A stretch of 64,000 nucleotides of DNA, from assembly GCA_949740535.1 (NCBI GenBank), contig CATJHO010000098.1, forward strand, positions 2,570-66,569. Direction: 5' to 3'. The number at the start of each line of letters is the position of its first letter. Within the stretch, counting starts at the first letter, position 1. The stretch comes from an uncultured Lachnospiraceae bacterium (GTDB taxonomy: Bacteria > Bacillota > Clostridia > Lachnospirales > Lachnospiraceae). Position numbers and translations under genes: made by a program. Under the pieces are notes generated by a model. It saw only the letters and a program-made list of their open reading frames with translations. It did not search any database and had not been told where the DNA came from. Shown piece after piece: positions 28,846 to 38,888 of this stretch.

Positions 28846-29553
28846 TTACTGCAATGCCCTGTTTATCTCCAGGAAATCCCGGACAGCCTGGCAGCCGATT
28901 CCGAAAATCTTCTTTAAATTAATGGAATTCTTTCCTCCCTGTCTGGGGCGGAAGGTAATGGGAATATACTTTACCTTCAGACCCTTCTTGGCATAAATGA
29001 CAGAGATTAGAACGTTGGAAAGATTAAAATCCTTGGGGATCAGGCGGATCTGCTCTCTTAAAACCTCTGCCCGCATCAGCCTGAAAGGTGTATTGGCATC
29101 CGTCACCTTCACATGAAAACACAGGCGGATCACCACTCCAAGCACCTTGGTGACAAACACTCTGGACAGGCCGTCCTCCCGCTTGTTCCGGTGTCCAATC
29201 ACCATATCATACTGTCCTCTCTGTTCCCAGAATTCCCAGAATTCATCCGGGTTGGTCTGGCCGTCGGAATCTGTCTGGAACACATAATCCGCCTTCTGAT
29301 CCAGAGCATACTGATAACCATACAGAACCGTGGCCCCATGGCCTTTGTTTTCCTTTGTCAGGGGCTCAAACAGAGGATGGTTTTCCGATGCCTTCTTCAT
29401 CAGCGCATAGGTATTATCCTTACTTCCGTCATCAACAATAACAAGGCGGCTTCCGCCTCCGATCTGCTCCACAATGGGATACCAGTCGGAAATCACTTTT
29501 TCTATATTCGCTTCTTCGTTATACGCCGGCATAACAAGATATACCTTTTCCAC
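28846..29553 (-). CDS. GT2 glycosyltransferase (DPM1-like)
   Basis: VMPAYNEE, DDGSKD, NKGHG, TDSDGQ. Confidence 0.9.
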   Translation of the reverse strand: MEKVYLVMPAYNEEANIEKVISDWYPIVEQIGGGSRLVIVDDGSKDNTYALMKKASENHPLFEPLTKENKGHGATVLYGYQYALDQKADYVFQTDSDGQTNPDEFWEFWEQRGQYDMVIGHRNKREDGLSRVFVTKVLGVVIRLCFHVKVTDANTPFRLMRAEVLREQIRLIPKDFNLSNVLISVIYAKKGLKVKYIPITFRPRQGGKNSINLKKIFGIGCQAVRDFLEINRALQ

Positions 29554-29660
29554 CCTGTCCTGTTCTCCTTATATTTAGCAATTGAATTCCCTTATGCATA
29601 ATGCTATACTAATTTCATTATACTTGTACATTATAAACAAATTAAGGAAATGATGCAACT

Positions 29661-31856
29661 ATGAAATCAAATATATGGAATAAGCTCGTCCTCTGGATTT
29701 CCCTGGGACTGCTTTTATTTTTAAACTTTTATACTCTGGTTCATGCTATATCCGGATGGGTGCTGGGCATTGTGCTGCTTCTCTCCCTTTTCTTCGCCCA
29801 CAGCTTTTTCTCCCACAGGGATGAACGGTTTCTGAACCGCGCTTCTCTTTTCCTTGGCATTCTCATTCTATCCATCCAGACAGCTTTTATTCTGATCCTG
29901 AAAGCCAATATCCGCTACGATGCCTTCTGGATTCTGGATCAGGCCGTGGAAATGCTGGAAACCCATGAGATCTCCCCTGTGATCTCCAACGCCTACTTTT
30001 CACAGGTACCCAATAACTATGGGCTTACCATCCTTACCTACTGGTTCTTAAGCATCCTGAAGGCTCTGGGTGTGCCTTCAGGATGCTTCATGAGAGCCGT
30101 TCAGTTTTTCAATATCTTTTTTATAGATCTCTCGCTCCTTTGCATCTATCTCTTTATCCGAAAGAGAAAGGGAGTCAGAGGCGCCGCCTTTTTCCTGTTT
30201 TTCTGCGCCCTCTCTCCCTATCTGTATGTGTGGGCGCCTTATTACTATACTTCCACCACGTCTATGCTCTTTGCCTGCCTGGCTGTCTTTCTATGGGAAT
30301 GCATCCGCACATCTGCCTCATGGAAAAAGCAGTGTCTTCTGGCTGTGCTTATGGGCATTCTCTGTATCACCGGGTACAAGGTGCGGGCCACTTCTCTGAT
30401 TGCCTATATTGCTGTTATCCTTTACTGGAGCGTCTTTCATCAAAAAGGAAGTTTCCGCAGGTATCTGCGGCCCTTGTTATTCTTTATTCTCTCAGCTGCT
30501 GTTTCCTTTGTGTCCTGGAAAGGAATCGTCCGGCACTACGCGCCCTTTGACACTACGGATACGGCTTTCCCCATCTCCCATTTTATTATGCTGGGAACCT
30601 ATGGCCCTGACGGCAGCTTCTGTGTGGATGATCAGCGGTACACCATCTCCCTTCCTACGGCAGAAGCCAAGCGTGCGGGGACTATGGAGGTCATTCGTAC
30701 CCGTCTGTCTGAAAATGGATTCGCCGGGAACGTCCGGCTTCTTCTGAACAAGCAGTTAAACTGCTGGGCTGACGGAACGGATGCTTATATGCAGGAAAAC
30801 AATCTCTGTTCCGGCTATAACCGGCTCCACGCTTATATAACAGGAAGCAGATCCGGGTATCTGGCTTCCTATGCTCAGATTTTCCGATGGCTGCAGTTGT
30901 TTCTTGTGTGTATTTATTGTATTTGGGCACTTCTGTCCCTGTGTCCACGGCTTAGAAAGCTTTTCCCGAAAATTCTGCCGGAGAGCGCCCGGCTTTTTGA
31001 GAGGGAGCCTGGAACGGATCTGTTTCTGCTGGCGCTCAATCTTCTGGGCGGTATGGTCTTCCATCTTCTGTGGGAAGCCGGGCCCTTGTACAGCATTGCA
31101 TTTACCCTGTTCTCCTACGCCCTGGCCGCAGAGGGAATTGAAATGCTGAAGTCCCTTCCCATTCTGAATACACAGGCCGCACGGACGGCTGTTTTTTCCA
31201 GCTCTTTCTTCTGTCTCCTGATCTCTGCCAGCTGTCTTCTGAGCAACTGGCAGATTTATACCCAGGAAGAACAGGTTTTAACGGATTTTGTGGTAAACCA
31301 GCAGATGGAGACGGCCGGCGAGGACGGCCCTGATATGGAAACCGGCCAGATCTGGACCCAGACCTTTGAGACCGAAACGCCTTTTAATGTTCTGAATCTC
31401 TACTTTGCCTCTCCGGAAAATGACGAAAACAATTCCGTATACCAGATTACCCTTACCGATGCGTATGGTACCGTCTTTTATGACGAGCCTCTCTACGGAA
31501 TCACTGAGGTCTATGCCCCGGCCTATGAGCTTACTTTTGATCCGGTTATTCCCAAAGGGCGGACCGTCTACACCATCTCCATCGAGGCCGTTTCCCAGGA
31601 TATGGAGACAGATAACTTTATCCGTTTTATTTCCCAGGACACCAGCCGGGTGGATCTCTATCCCCACGGAGAGCTGTCAATCGACGGTGTGCCTGCAGGC
31701 CGGGATATCTGTTTCCGGATTGTCAACCGGCATTTGGGAACCCTGGCATCAAAAAAGGAGTACGGTTTGTTCTCCATACTCCTTCTGTCTTTGGAATTAC
31801 TGCTTGTCCTCAAATCCTTTCGTCTCATCCACCAGAAACGGCGGCCGGTTTCGTGA
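29661..31856 (+). CDS. polytopic membrane protein, putative GT-C glycosyltransferase with C-terminal extracellular domain
   Basis: Shares RYD, NNY.LTILTYW, YVWA.YYYT, GYK.RAT, WADGTD.Y, FH.LWE..PLYSI, QTF.T..PFN with 23061..25235. Confidence 0.7.
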   Translation: MKSNIWNKLVLWISLGLLLFLNFYTLVHAISGWVLGIVLLLSLFFAHSFFSHRDERFLNRASLFLGILILSIQTAFILILKANIRYDAFWILDQAVEMLETHEISPVISNAYFSQVPNNYGLTILTYWFLSILKALGVPSGCFMRAVQFFNIFFIDLSLLCIYLFIRKRKGVRGAAFFLFFCALSPYLYVWAPYYYTSTTSMLFACLAVFLWECIRTSASWKKQCLLAVLMGILCITGYKVRATSLIAYIAVILYWSVFHQKGSFRRYLRPLLFFILSAAVSFVSWKGIVRHYAPFDTTDTAFPISHFIMLGTYGPDGSFCVDDQRYTISLPTAEAKRAGTMEVIRTRLSENGFAGNVRLLLNKQLNCWADGTDAYMQENNLCSGYNRLHAYITGSRSGYLASYAQIFRWLQLFLVCIYCIWALLSLCPRLRKLFPKILPESARLFEREPGTDLFLLALNLLGGMVFHLLWEAGPLYSIAFTLFSYALAAEGIEMLKSLPILNTQAARTAVFSSSFFCLLISASCLLSNWQIYTQEEQVLTDFVVNQQMETAGEDGPDMETGQIWTQTFETETPFNVLNLYFASPENDENNSVYQITLTDAYGTVFYDEPLYGITEVYAPAYELTFDPVIPKGRTVYTISIEAVSQDMETDNFIRFISQDTSRVDLYPHGELSIDGVPAGRDICFRIVNRHLGTLASKKEYGLFSILLLSLELLLVLKSFRLIHQKRRPVS

Positions 31857-32732
31857 GGCATCCAGAGCCCGCCATATATATTCGCCCAGAAGGCCCAGCA
31901 TCACCATAATAACGCCGAATCCAAAGAGCATCAGCACCATCATGGAAGTCCAGCCTGCCACATCTTCCATGCCGCTCAGACGCTGAACCACCAGCACAAC
32001 AGCCCAGATCACAGAGATAAAAGCAAAGAGCGCTCCCATGCCGGACATAAAGCGCACCGGAAAGTAGGAAAAGCTCATCATGGAATCCAGTACCAGCTTT
32101 ACCTTCTTGGAAAGAGTCCAGCGGGATTCCCCGATCTCTCTTGCCTTTCTGTGGAAATACACCTTATCACTCTTGAATCCTACCCAGAGCACCTGCAGGG
32201 TCAGGGCGGAATTCTTCTCATCCAGCATCATCAATACCTGAATCACCTGGCGGTCCAGAAGGTAGCAGTCAAAGCCGCCTTTGGGCATGTCCTTCATCAC
32301 CAGTTTACGCATAAGAGTATAATAAAGATTGGCAAAAAACTTCTGGATTGGCCCCTCATCCCGATCGGAACGGACCGCCAGAACCACCTTATTGCCCTCT
32401 TTCCATTTCTCATACATCTCCAGAATCAGTTCAGAATCCTCCTGCAGATCCGCCTGCTTGGTCACGGCGCAGTCTCCGGTACAGTTGGAAAGACCCGCCA
32501 GAATGGCCGCGTGTTCCCCAAAGTTCCGGGACAGCTTCACAAGCTTTACCTGATCGTCCATCTCCCGAATCTGATTCATTACTTCCCAGGAATTATCCCC
32601 GGATCCGTCATCTACAAATACAATTTCATAATCTTCCAGCTTATGGAGAATCTTTTCCCGCATGTCCTCATAGAGAAGCATCAGGGTATCGGAATTCCAG
32701 TATACAGGAACAATAATCGAGAGCCTGCTCAT
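31797..32732 (-). CDS. GT2 polyprenyl-phosphate glycosyltransferase (GtrB/ArnC-like)
   Basis: IVPVY, DDGSGD, LSRNFGEHAA, ADLQE, two C-terminal TMs, GEYI. Confidence 0.9.
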   Translation of the reverse strand: MSRLSIIVPVYWNSDTLMLLYEDMREKILHKLEDYEIVFVDDGSGDNSWEVMNQIREMDDQVKLVKLSRNFGEHAAILAGLSNCTGDCAVTKQADLQEDSELILEMYEKWKEGNKVVLAVRSDRDEGPIQKFFANLYYTLMRKLVMKDMPKGGFDCYLLDRQVIQVLMMLDEKNSALTLQVLWVGFKSDKVYFHRKAREIGESRWTLSKKVKLVLDSMMSFSYFPVRFMSGMGALFAFISVIWAVVLVVQRLSGMEDVAGWTSMMVLMLFGFGVIMVMLGLLGEYIWRALDASRNRPPFLVDETKGFEDKQ

Positions 32733-33151
32733 CTAACCTTGGTCCCTCCCACTTCTTTTAAGTATTCTTCATAATCACGGATATATTCGCCTCCGTCATA
32801 ATGCGTATTTGTTAAAACCAGAAGCACGGAATCCTCACTGAATTCATACATATCCTTCCAAAGCATGGTGGGAAGATACAGTCCCATACGGGGCCGGTTC
32901 AGCTCAATGACCGTTTCCTCAAAGCCATTGTCCACCCGTACCTTACTGGTGCCGCTGACATTGATCAGCACAAATTCCGAATTCCGGTTGGCATGCTGGC
33001 CCCGGACTACTTCGCTGTCCGAGCCGTAGATGTAAAACACCCGCTTGATCTCAAAAGGAATGTCCTTTGCTCCTTCCACAACCACCAGATTGCCCCGCTC
33101 ATCTCCCAAATCACCGAACTCCAGAATCTTATACTGGTCCTTAATATTCAT
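32729..33151 (-). CDS. FdtA/QdtA-family cupin, dTDP-4-keto-6-deoxyglucose 3,4-ketoisomerase
   Basis: DERGNL, IPFEIKRVFYIY, RGQHAN, YIRDY. Confidence 0.92.
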   Translation of the reverse strand: MNIKDQYKILEFGDLGDERGNLVVVEGAKDIPFEIKRVFYIYGSDSEVVRGQHANRNSEFVLINVSGTSKVRVDNGFEETVIELNRPRMGLYLPTMLWKDMYEFSEDSVLLVLTNTHYDGGEYIRDYEEYLKEVGGTKVR

Positions 33152-33172
33152 GTTCTGCCTCCCGCTTTCCCT

Positions 33173-34264
33173 CTAAAACCGATTCAATGCCTCAATAACA
33201 AAGGTCTGTTCCTCCTCTGTCATTCCATTATACATAGGCAGAGATAAGACTTCATCTGCGTACTGCTCCGTGATAGGAAATGTCCCTTTTTTATAACCTA
33301 GGTACTGGTATGCTTCCGATAAGTGGGGCGGAATGGGATAATGAATAATGGTCCCAATCTCTCTCTCATTAAGATAGGAAATCAGTTCCTCTCTTTCTGC
33401 TGTGCGTATGACAAACTGATGCCACACAGCTGTGGCGCCTTCCCGCACCCCAGGAAGCGTCAGCCTGGGATTTTCAATCTCTTTTAAATATCTTTCTGCA
33501 ATCTGACAGCGCTCCTCCTCACATTCCGCCACATGGCGCAGACGGACCCGCAGAAGTCCTGCCTGCATTTCATCCAGGCGGGAATTGGCCCCTGCAATCT
33601 TATTATAATAGCGCTTCTCACTTCCGTAATTCCGGAAAATCCGGAAATCCTCTGCCAGCTTCTTATCCTTCACAACTACGGCTCCCCCGTCTCCGAAGGC
33701 TCCGATATTCTTGGACGGGTAGAAGGAAAAGCATCCCACATCCCCGAAGGTTCCTGTCATCTGTCCCTGCCAGCGGGCTCCATGAGACTGCGCACAGTCC
33801 TCCACCAGCTTTAAGCCGTACTTTCCGGCAAGCTCTGTTACCGTGTCCATTTTGCAGGCCTGGCCGTAGAGATGTACCACCAAAATCGCTTTGGTGCGCT
33901 CTGTGATCTTCTCTTCCATTTTCGACGTATCGATATTAAAATATTCATCCGGCTCCACAAAAACCGGAACAGCTCCATTCATGGTGATTCCCATGACACT
34001 GGCGATATACGTATTTCCTGGGACCAGAACCTCATCGCCGGGACCGATTCCCAGCACGCGGAACGCAATCCACAAAGCGTCCAGGCCGCTTGCCAGACCT
34101 ACACAGTCCTCACTGCCTGTATAAGCTGCAAACTCCTTCTCAAAGCAGTTCACTTCATTTCCCAGCACATACCAGCCGGAACGCAGGACCTCAAGCGCTT
34201 TTTCCTCAAATTCTTTCTGATAACGGAAAAATCCCCGGTCCATCCGGTTTGCCATGATTTTCAT
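33173..34264 (-). CDS. DegT/DnrJ/EryC1/StrS aminotransferase (FdtB/QdtB-like)
   Basis: SGWYVLG, VHLYGQ, EDCAQSHGA, SFYPSKNIGAFGDGG, NSRLDE; start MKIMAN with AGGAGG RBS. Confidence 0.92.
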   Translation of the reverse strand: MKIMANRMDRGFFRYQKEFEEKALEVLRSGWYVLGNEVNCFEKEFAAYTGSEDCVGLASGLDALWIAFRVLGIGPGDEVLVPGNTYIASVMGITMNGAVPVFVEPDEYFNIDTSKMEEKITERTKAILVVHLYGQACKMDTVTELAGKYGLKLVEDCAQSHGARWQGQMTGTFGDVGCFSFYPSKNIGAFGDGGAVVVKDKKLAEDFRIFRNYGSEKRYYNKIAGANSRLDEMQAGLLRVRLRHVAECEEERCQIAERYLKEIENPRLTLPGVREGATAVWHQFVIRTAEREELISYLNEREIGTIIHYPIPPHLSEAYQYLGYKKGTFPITEQYADEVLSLPMYNGMTEEEQTFVIEALNRF

Positions 34265-34339
34265 TTTCTTCCTCCTGTCAGAGAACCACTGCACTGTTCC
34301 CTGTTTACAGCCATTTTCTTCCTAATATATACCCGCTTT

Positions 34340-34368
34340 ATCATACCATGGCTTAAAATATTCGTCAA
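34340..34368 (-). promoter_or_regulatory. sigma70 promoter of the aminotransferase-isomerase-GT2 operon
   Basis: Minus strand TTGACG-N17-TATGAT with extended TG. Confidence 0.65.
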
Positions 34369-35366
34369 TGTCCGTTGCTTTTTCCATACAAAAGAAAGTT
34401 CAGCAGCGGAATCCTTTTGGTCACTGCAATGATTCCGGCTGTGATCAGGCTCATCACTGCAAAAGAAGCCAGAACAAAAAGAAATCCTTCCATTGTATAC
34501 AAATCATACGTTATCCCCCGGTTCAAGACCCTTGCAAAATGAAAATGCAGAACATAAATCTCCAGGGTATATCCTCCCAGCCACGCAGTGAACTCCTTTG
34601 CCCTTCCCTTTCTCCACAAACCCGCCAGATATACCGCCAGATAACAGCCCAAAAAAGAAGCCAGAATCTGCTGTCCCAGCTGAAGCAGACTGCTTACATC
34701 TTGAAGATCGCGAAAGAACACCAGAAAAAGAAAGCCAGGCAGCGCAATCCCAAAGCTGAGCCTTTTCCCCCATTCTGGTATCCGTTCCAGACGCTCTCTG
34801 TGGTTTCCCGCCGCATAACCGGTCAGGTAAAACGGCAGATACAGCCGTGTCAAACCTGGGCTTAAGAATTCCCAGCCCAGAAGTGTCTCCAGCACCACAA
34901 AGGCAGCCAGGCCCAGATATACTGCCCAGAATATCCATTTTTCATAAACGCCCGCCCAGGCTCCTGCCAGCTGAGCCGTATAAATCATCCAATTCAGAAG
35001 GAATAAGGTCATCAAAAACCACAATCCCTTATCTAAAGCATATAAAGTCTCTATAATGCTGGAAAAAGGCTGGAGAGGATGCTGCAGCACAATCCAGAAG
35101 AAGAAGGGAACCAGGTAGGCGCAGGCTCTCTTTTTCAGCACTGCCCCATATTCCTTCCACGTCTTCACCCGTCTTCCGATTCCACACAAATAACCGCTGA
35201 TCAGAATAAACAGCGGCATTTGGACGGCTTTTATGGCATCATAGAGATAAGCATCCTCCATCTGATTCCAGCTTAAGACATGTCCCAGCATCACAATCAG
35301 AATTGCAATTCCCTTTAATGCGTCTATGGTCTGGCTTCGTGTGTTTGTCATTGGCTCTCCATTCAA
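34365..35366 (-). CDS. acyltransferase-3 family membrane protein
   Basis: R...IDALKGIAIL.V..GH, MPLF..ISGY, LWFL..LF, TLEIYVLH. Confidence 0.88.
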   Translation of the reverse strand: MNGEPMTNTRSQTIDALKGIAILIVMLGHVLSWNQMEDAYLYDAIKAVQMPLFILISGYLCGIGRRVKTWKEYGAVLKKRACAYLVPFFFWIVLQHPLQPFSSIIETLYALDKGLWFLMTLFLLNWMIYTAQLAGAWAGVYEKWIFWAVYLGLAAFVVLETLLGWEFLSPGLTRLYLPFYLTGYAAGNHRERLERIPEWGKRLSFGIALPGFLFLVFFRDLQDVSSLLQLGQQILASFLGCYLAVYLAGLWRKGRAKEFTAWLGGYTLEIYVLHFHFARVLNRGITYDLYTMEGFLFVLASFAVMSLITAGIIAVTKRIPLLNFLLYGKSNGH

Positions 35367-36962
35367 AATTTATAAAAAACCCGGTACATTCCCGACCGCT
35401 CCATGGTATAACCCGCCTCTGTTAAACGGTCTGCAGATCGTTCATCTCCAAATACAAAATAGAAACTGTCTTCTTCCAACTCTTTTGGAAGGCCGAAATG
35501 GATGTTATCTCTCGCTTCTGTCCCCTTTTCAATGAGCTGGAACTCCATGGGAGACATTTTCTCTCCCAATGGGTAAAAAATATACCATGCATCCACATAG
35601 ACATCCTTTCCATTGATTCTCTCTTCCCAATCATCCAGCACGTCTGAAAAACCTGCCTGAAAATAAGGAAGCGGAAAAGTTTTAGAAGTATACTCTGTAA
35701 AGTAATAATTCACAAATCCTGCAAAAAATACACTATAAGTCAAAAAAACTCCCAATACAAAATATTTTTTAAATCTCTTCTTATGGATCAGCCTACAGCT
35801 CTCTTTCATTCCATACACGGTAAAAAACAAAAGTACAAAAAAGACTGCATTCAATTTGTTAGCATTAGGCTCCTTGATCAGTAATCCCATGAAAGTCTGT
35901 GCCAGAAACCACATAAATACAACTGCCGGAAAAAACATACGTTTCTCCCTTACTGCCTTTGTCATCTGCACAGCCGCTTTTTGAATACCAAATACCAAAA
36001 ACGGTACAGAGACCAGATAAAGAGAAAAATACGTTGGAATTGAATTATATTCATAATCATCATTAAAAAGACAGCTCTGTATTAAAACCGGGACATTATT
36101 AATCATATTTTTAAGGGAAATCTCTGCTCCCCGATACTCCATCAGGCGCGGTATCGTGAAATATCCCGTTACTATCTCCGGCAGTTCAAAGGTATTCAAC
36201 ACGATCATGGTTATCAATGGCAGCGCCAGGATCCCCAGAGGTATCCCCATGCAGAGAATCTCCTGCCATTGAATCTTCTTTATATACAAAAGATATGCGA
36301 GTATCAGTACCAGAAAAATCGGAACCGCCAGCCAGCTCAGGGCATATGTGTAAAGATTAATTCCGAAACCAACGCCAGCCATAGTATAAAATAAAAGTCT
36401 TTTCCATCCGGATGCCTTTAACGCCTGCATAAATATATACAGAGAAACTGTAGACGCTCCCAGAAACAAAAAACAATCCAAGCCCAGACGGGAATGCAGA
36501 ATAAAACAGGGACAGACTGCAAGAAGGGCAGCTCCCACAAACGCTTCCTTTTTCCCTATAAGCTCTCTTATCGTCAAGGTTCCAAAAAACCAGGTAAGCA
36601 TTCCAGAGCAGACTGCCGGTATACGAAAAATAATCGCAGAAGGCTCAAAAAACTTCATCAGGAATGCGCAGCAATACCCGTAAAGAACGCTCTGCCCCCC
36701 CCCCATAATTGATAAAATAAACCGGACGGAATTTATAATATCGATCCAATCCCCAATTGGAAACTGCATAGGCATCATAGCCCATCCCGGCTTCATCAAT
36801 ATGAATACCATATGGCAGTTCACTCAATCTGTAAATCCGCAGAAAAAGGGCAAGCAAAAAAAGAATGCCATAGAAAAACAAATCCATTCTCTGCCACTCT
36901 TTTTTCTTTTTGACAATACCTGTCCCGGTTCTTTTTTCGGACGTTCTTCCCAAAACTTCCAC
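35363..36962 (-). pseudogene. ArnT/GT39-like glycosyltransferase split by a +1 frameshift in a G10 tract (candidate phase-variable gene, OFF state)
   Basis: 5' ORF (LRIYRL..LPYG.HIDEAGMGYDAY...PVYFINYGGG) and 3' ORF (GGGQSVLY...FRIPA...HSRLGLDC) join into one 532-aa frame if one G is removed. Confidence 0.8.
36695..36704 (-). repeat. G10 homopolymer (C10 on + strand) at the frameshift point
   Basis: tctg-cccccccccc-ataatt; the longest G/C run noticed in the window. Confidence 0.9.
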
Positions 36963-36968
36963 TCTAAC

Positions 36969-38042
36969 CTATTCCTCATTCATCTTCGCCAGCTTCGCCG
37001 CCTGGTCGGCTGCAATACAGGCATCGAGTATCTCCTGAATATCCCCGTTCATCACCTTATCCAGTTTGTAGAGGGTCAGACCGATCCGGTGATCCGTCAC
37101 CCGTCCCTGGGGGAAATTATAGGTTCGGATCTTCTCGGAGCGGTCTCCGGTTCCAATCTGGCTCCTTCTGGCCTCTGCCTCAGCATCATGCGCCTTCTGG
37201 CGCTCAATATCATACAGCTTCGCCCGCAGAAGTGCAAAGGCCTTGGCCTTATTCTGCAGCTGAGATTTCTCTGTCTGGCTGTAAATCACAATCCCGGAAG
37301 GGTAATGGGTCAGACGGACCGCCGAGTCCGTAGTATTGACACACTGGCCGCCGTTTCCGGAAGCGCGCATTACGTCAATCTTGATATCCTTTTCATCAAT
37401 CTGCACATCTACTTCTTCTGCCTCCGGCATCACTGCCACCGTAATGGTAGACGTGTGAATCCGCCCGCCGGATTCTGTCTCCGGAACACGCTGTACCCGA
37501 TGGACGCCGGACTCATACTTCATTACAGAGTAAGCTCCCTGTCCCGTAATCTGGAAGGTAACACTCTTCATTCCGCCAATACCGATCTCGTCCGCTTCCA
37601 TCACTTCCACCTTCCAGCGGCGGCTCTCCGCGTAGTGCATGTACATCCGGTAGATCTCCGCTGCAAACAGCGCGGCCTCGTCGCCGCCGGCTCCGGCGCG
37701 GATCTCCACAAGAACGTTTTTATCATCATTGGGATCCTTGGGAAGAAGCAGAATCTTCAGCGTGCGTTCCAGCTGGGAAATCCGCTCCCGCGCTCCGCTT
37801 AATTCTTCTTTCAGCATCTCCCGCATTTCTTCGTCATTTTCTTCTTCCAGCATCTGAAGACTTTCCTCGACTGTCTCCCTGCATTTCTTATATTCCTGAT
37901 AAGCATCAACAATGGGCTGCAGATCATTCTGCTCTTTCATAAGCATCCGAAAACGCCCCTGGTCATTAACCACAGACGGTTCATTCAATTCATTCAGCAC
38001 ATCCTCAAACCGCAACAGTAAATCTTCCAATTTATCAAACAT
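36969..38042 (-). CDS. prfA: peptide chain release factor 1
   Basis: [22 protein letters not shown] (PxT), [14 protein letters not shown]. Confidence 0.98.
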   Translation of the reverse strand: MFDKLEDLLLRFEDVLNELNEPSVVNDQGRFRMLMKEQNDLQPIVDAYQEYKKCRETVEESLQMLEEENDEEMREMLKEELSGARERISQLERTLKILLLPKDPNDDKNVLVEIRAGAGGDEAALFAAEIYRMYMHYAESRRWKVEVMEADEIGIGGMKSVTFQITGQGAYSVMKYESGVHRVQRVPETESGGRIHTSTITVAVMPEAEEVDVQIDEKDIKIDVMRASGNGGQCVNTTDSAVRLTHYPSGIVIYSQTEKSQLQNKAKAFALLRAKLYDIERQKAHDAEAEARRSQIGTGDRSEKIRTYNFPQGRVTDHRIGLTLYKLDKVMNGDIQEILDACIAADQAAKLAKMNEE

Positions 38043-38054
38043 GGCGTCCTCCCT

Positions 38055-38888
38055 TTATCCAGGATAAATTCCTTTCACAACCCGATCCAGACCAGCCAGA
38101 TCTTTCTTTACTTCCAACTGCACAAATCCCTGTTCCTTAAGAATCTGTGACACTTCCATTCCCTGATTATATCCGATTTCCAGATACAGCCCGCCGCCTG
38201 CTTTCAGGCGAGAACGGCTTTCCTCTGCAATCCTGCGGTAAAAATACAGCCCGTCCTCGTGTCCGTCCAGAGCGGACACAGGCTCATAGTCCCGCACTTC
38301 CTCCATCAAACCGGCAATTTCTCCTCTTGGAATATACGGCGGATTGGATACAATCAAATCAAAAAGGCCTTCTATCTTCTCAAACAAATCACTTTCCAGA
38401 AGCACTGCCTTCTGATCCAGATGCTTCCTGTTCTGCTCCGCAGTTTTGAGCGCTTCCGCAGAGATATCAGCGCCCACCCCGGTCACATGAGGGCACTCTG
38501 CCAAAATACTCAGCAGGATACAGCCGGATCCTGTGCAAAGATCCAGAAACTTCATTCCCGGCTTTAAAAAACGAAGCGCCTCCTCCACCAGAAGTTCCGT
38601 ATCCTGACGGGGAATCAGCACGTGTTCATTCACCTGAAACGTATGTCCCATAAATTCCTGAACACCTGTGATATACTGCAGGGGAATCCGGCGGCTCCGC
38701 ATCTTCAGAGCTTCCCGGAAACGCTGCCAGGCCTCCTCGGTCAATGGTTCCTCCGGATAGGCATAATAATGGCTTCTGGTAAAGCCGCCTGCGTATTCCA
38801 GCAGAAGCCATGCATCCCACTCTGCATCCGGCACATCCGCCTCTTTCAGTCTCTCTTTACCATACTGGCAGGCTTCCCGAAGAGTCAT
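38055..38888 (-). CDS. prmC: release factor glutamine methyltransferase
   Basis: PLQYITG, VLIPRQDTE, DLCTGSGCI, SNPPYI; adjacent to prfA. Confidence 0.96.
   Translation of the reverse strand: MTLREACQYGKERLKEADVPDAEWDAWLLLEYAGGFTRSHYYAYPEEPLTEEAWQRFREALKMRSRRIPLQYITGVQEFMGHTFQVNEHVLIPRQDTELLVEEALRFLKPGMKFLDLCTGSGCILLSILAECPHVTGVGADISAEALKTAEQNRKHLDQKAVLLESDLFEKIEGLFDLIVSNPPYIPRGEIAGLMEEVRDYEPVSALDGHEDGLYFYRRIAEESRSRLKAGGGLYLEIGYNQGMEVSQILKEQGFVQLEVKKDLAGLDRVVKGIYPG

Noticed and set aside
36801-37802. 333-aa ORF antisense to prfA
   Set aside because: Typical shadow ORF of a conserved, codon-biased gene
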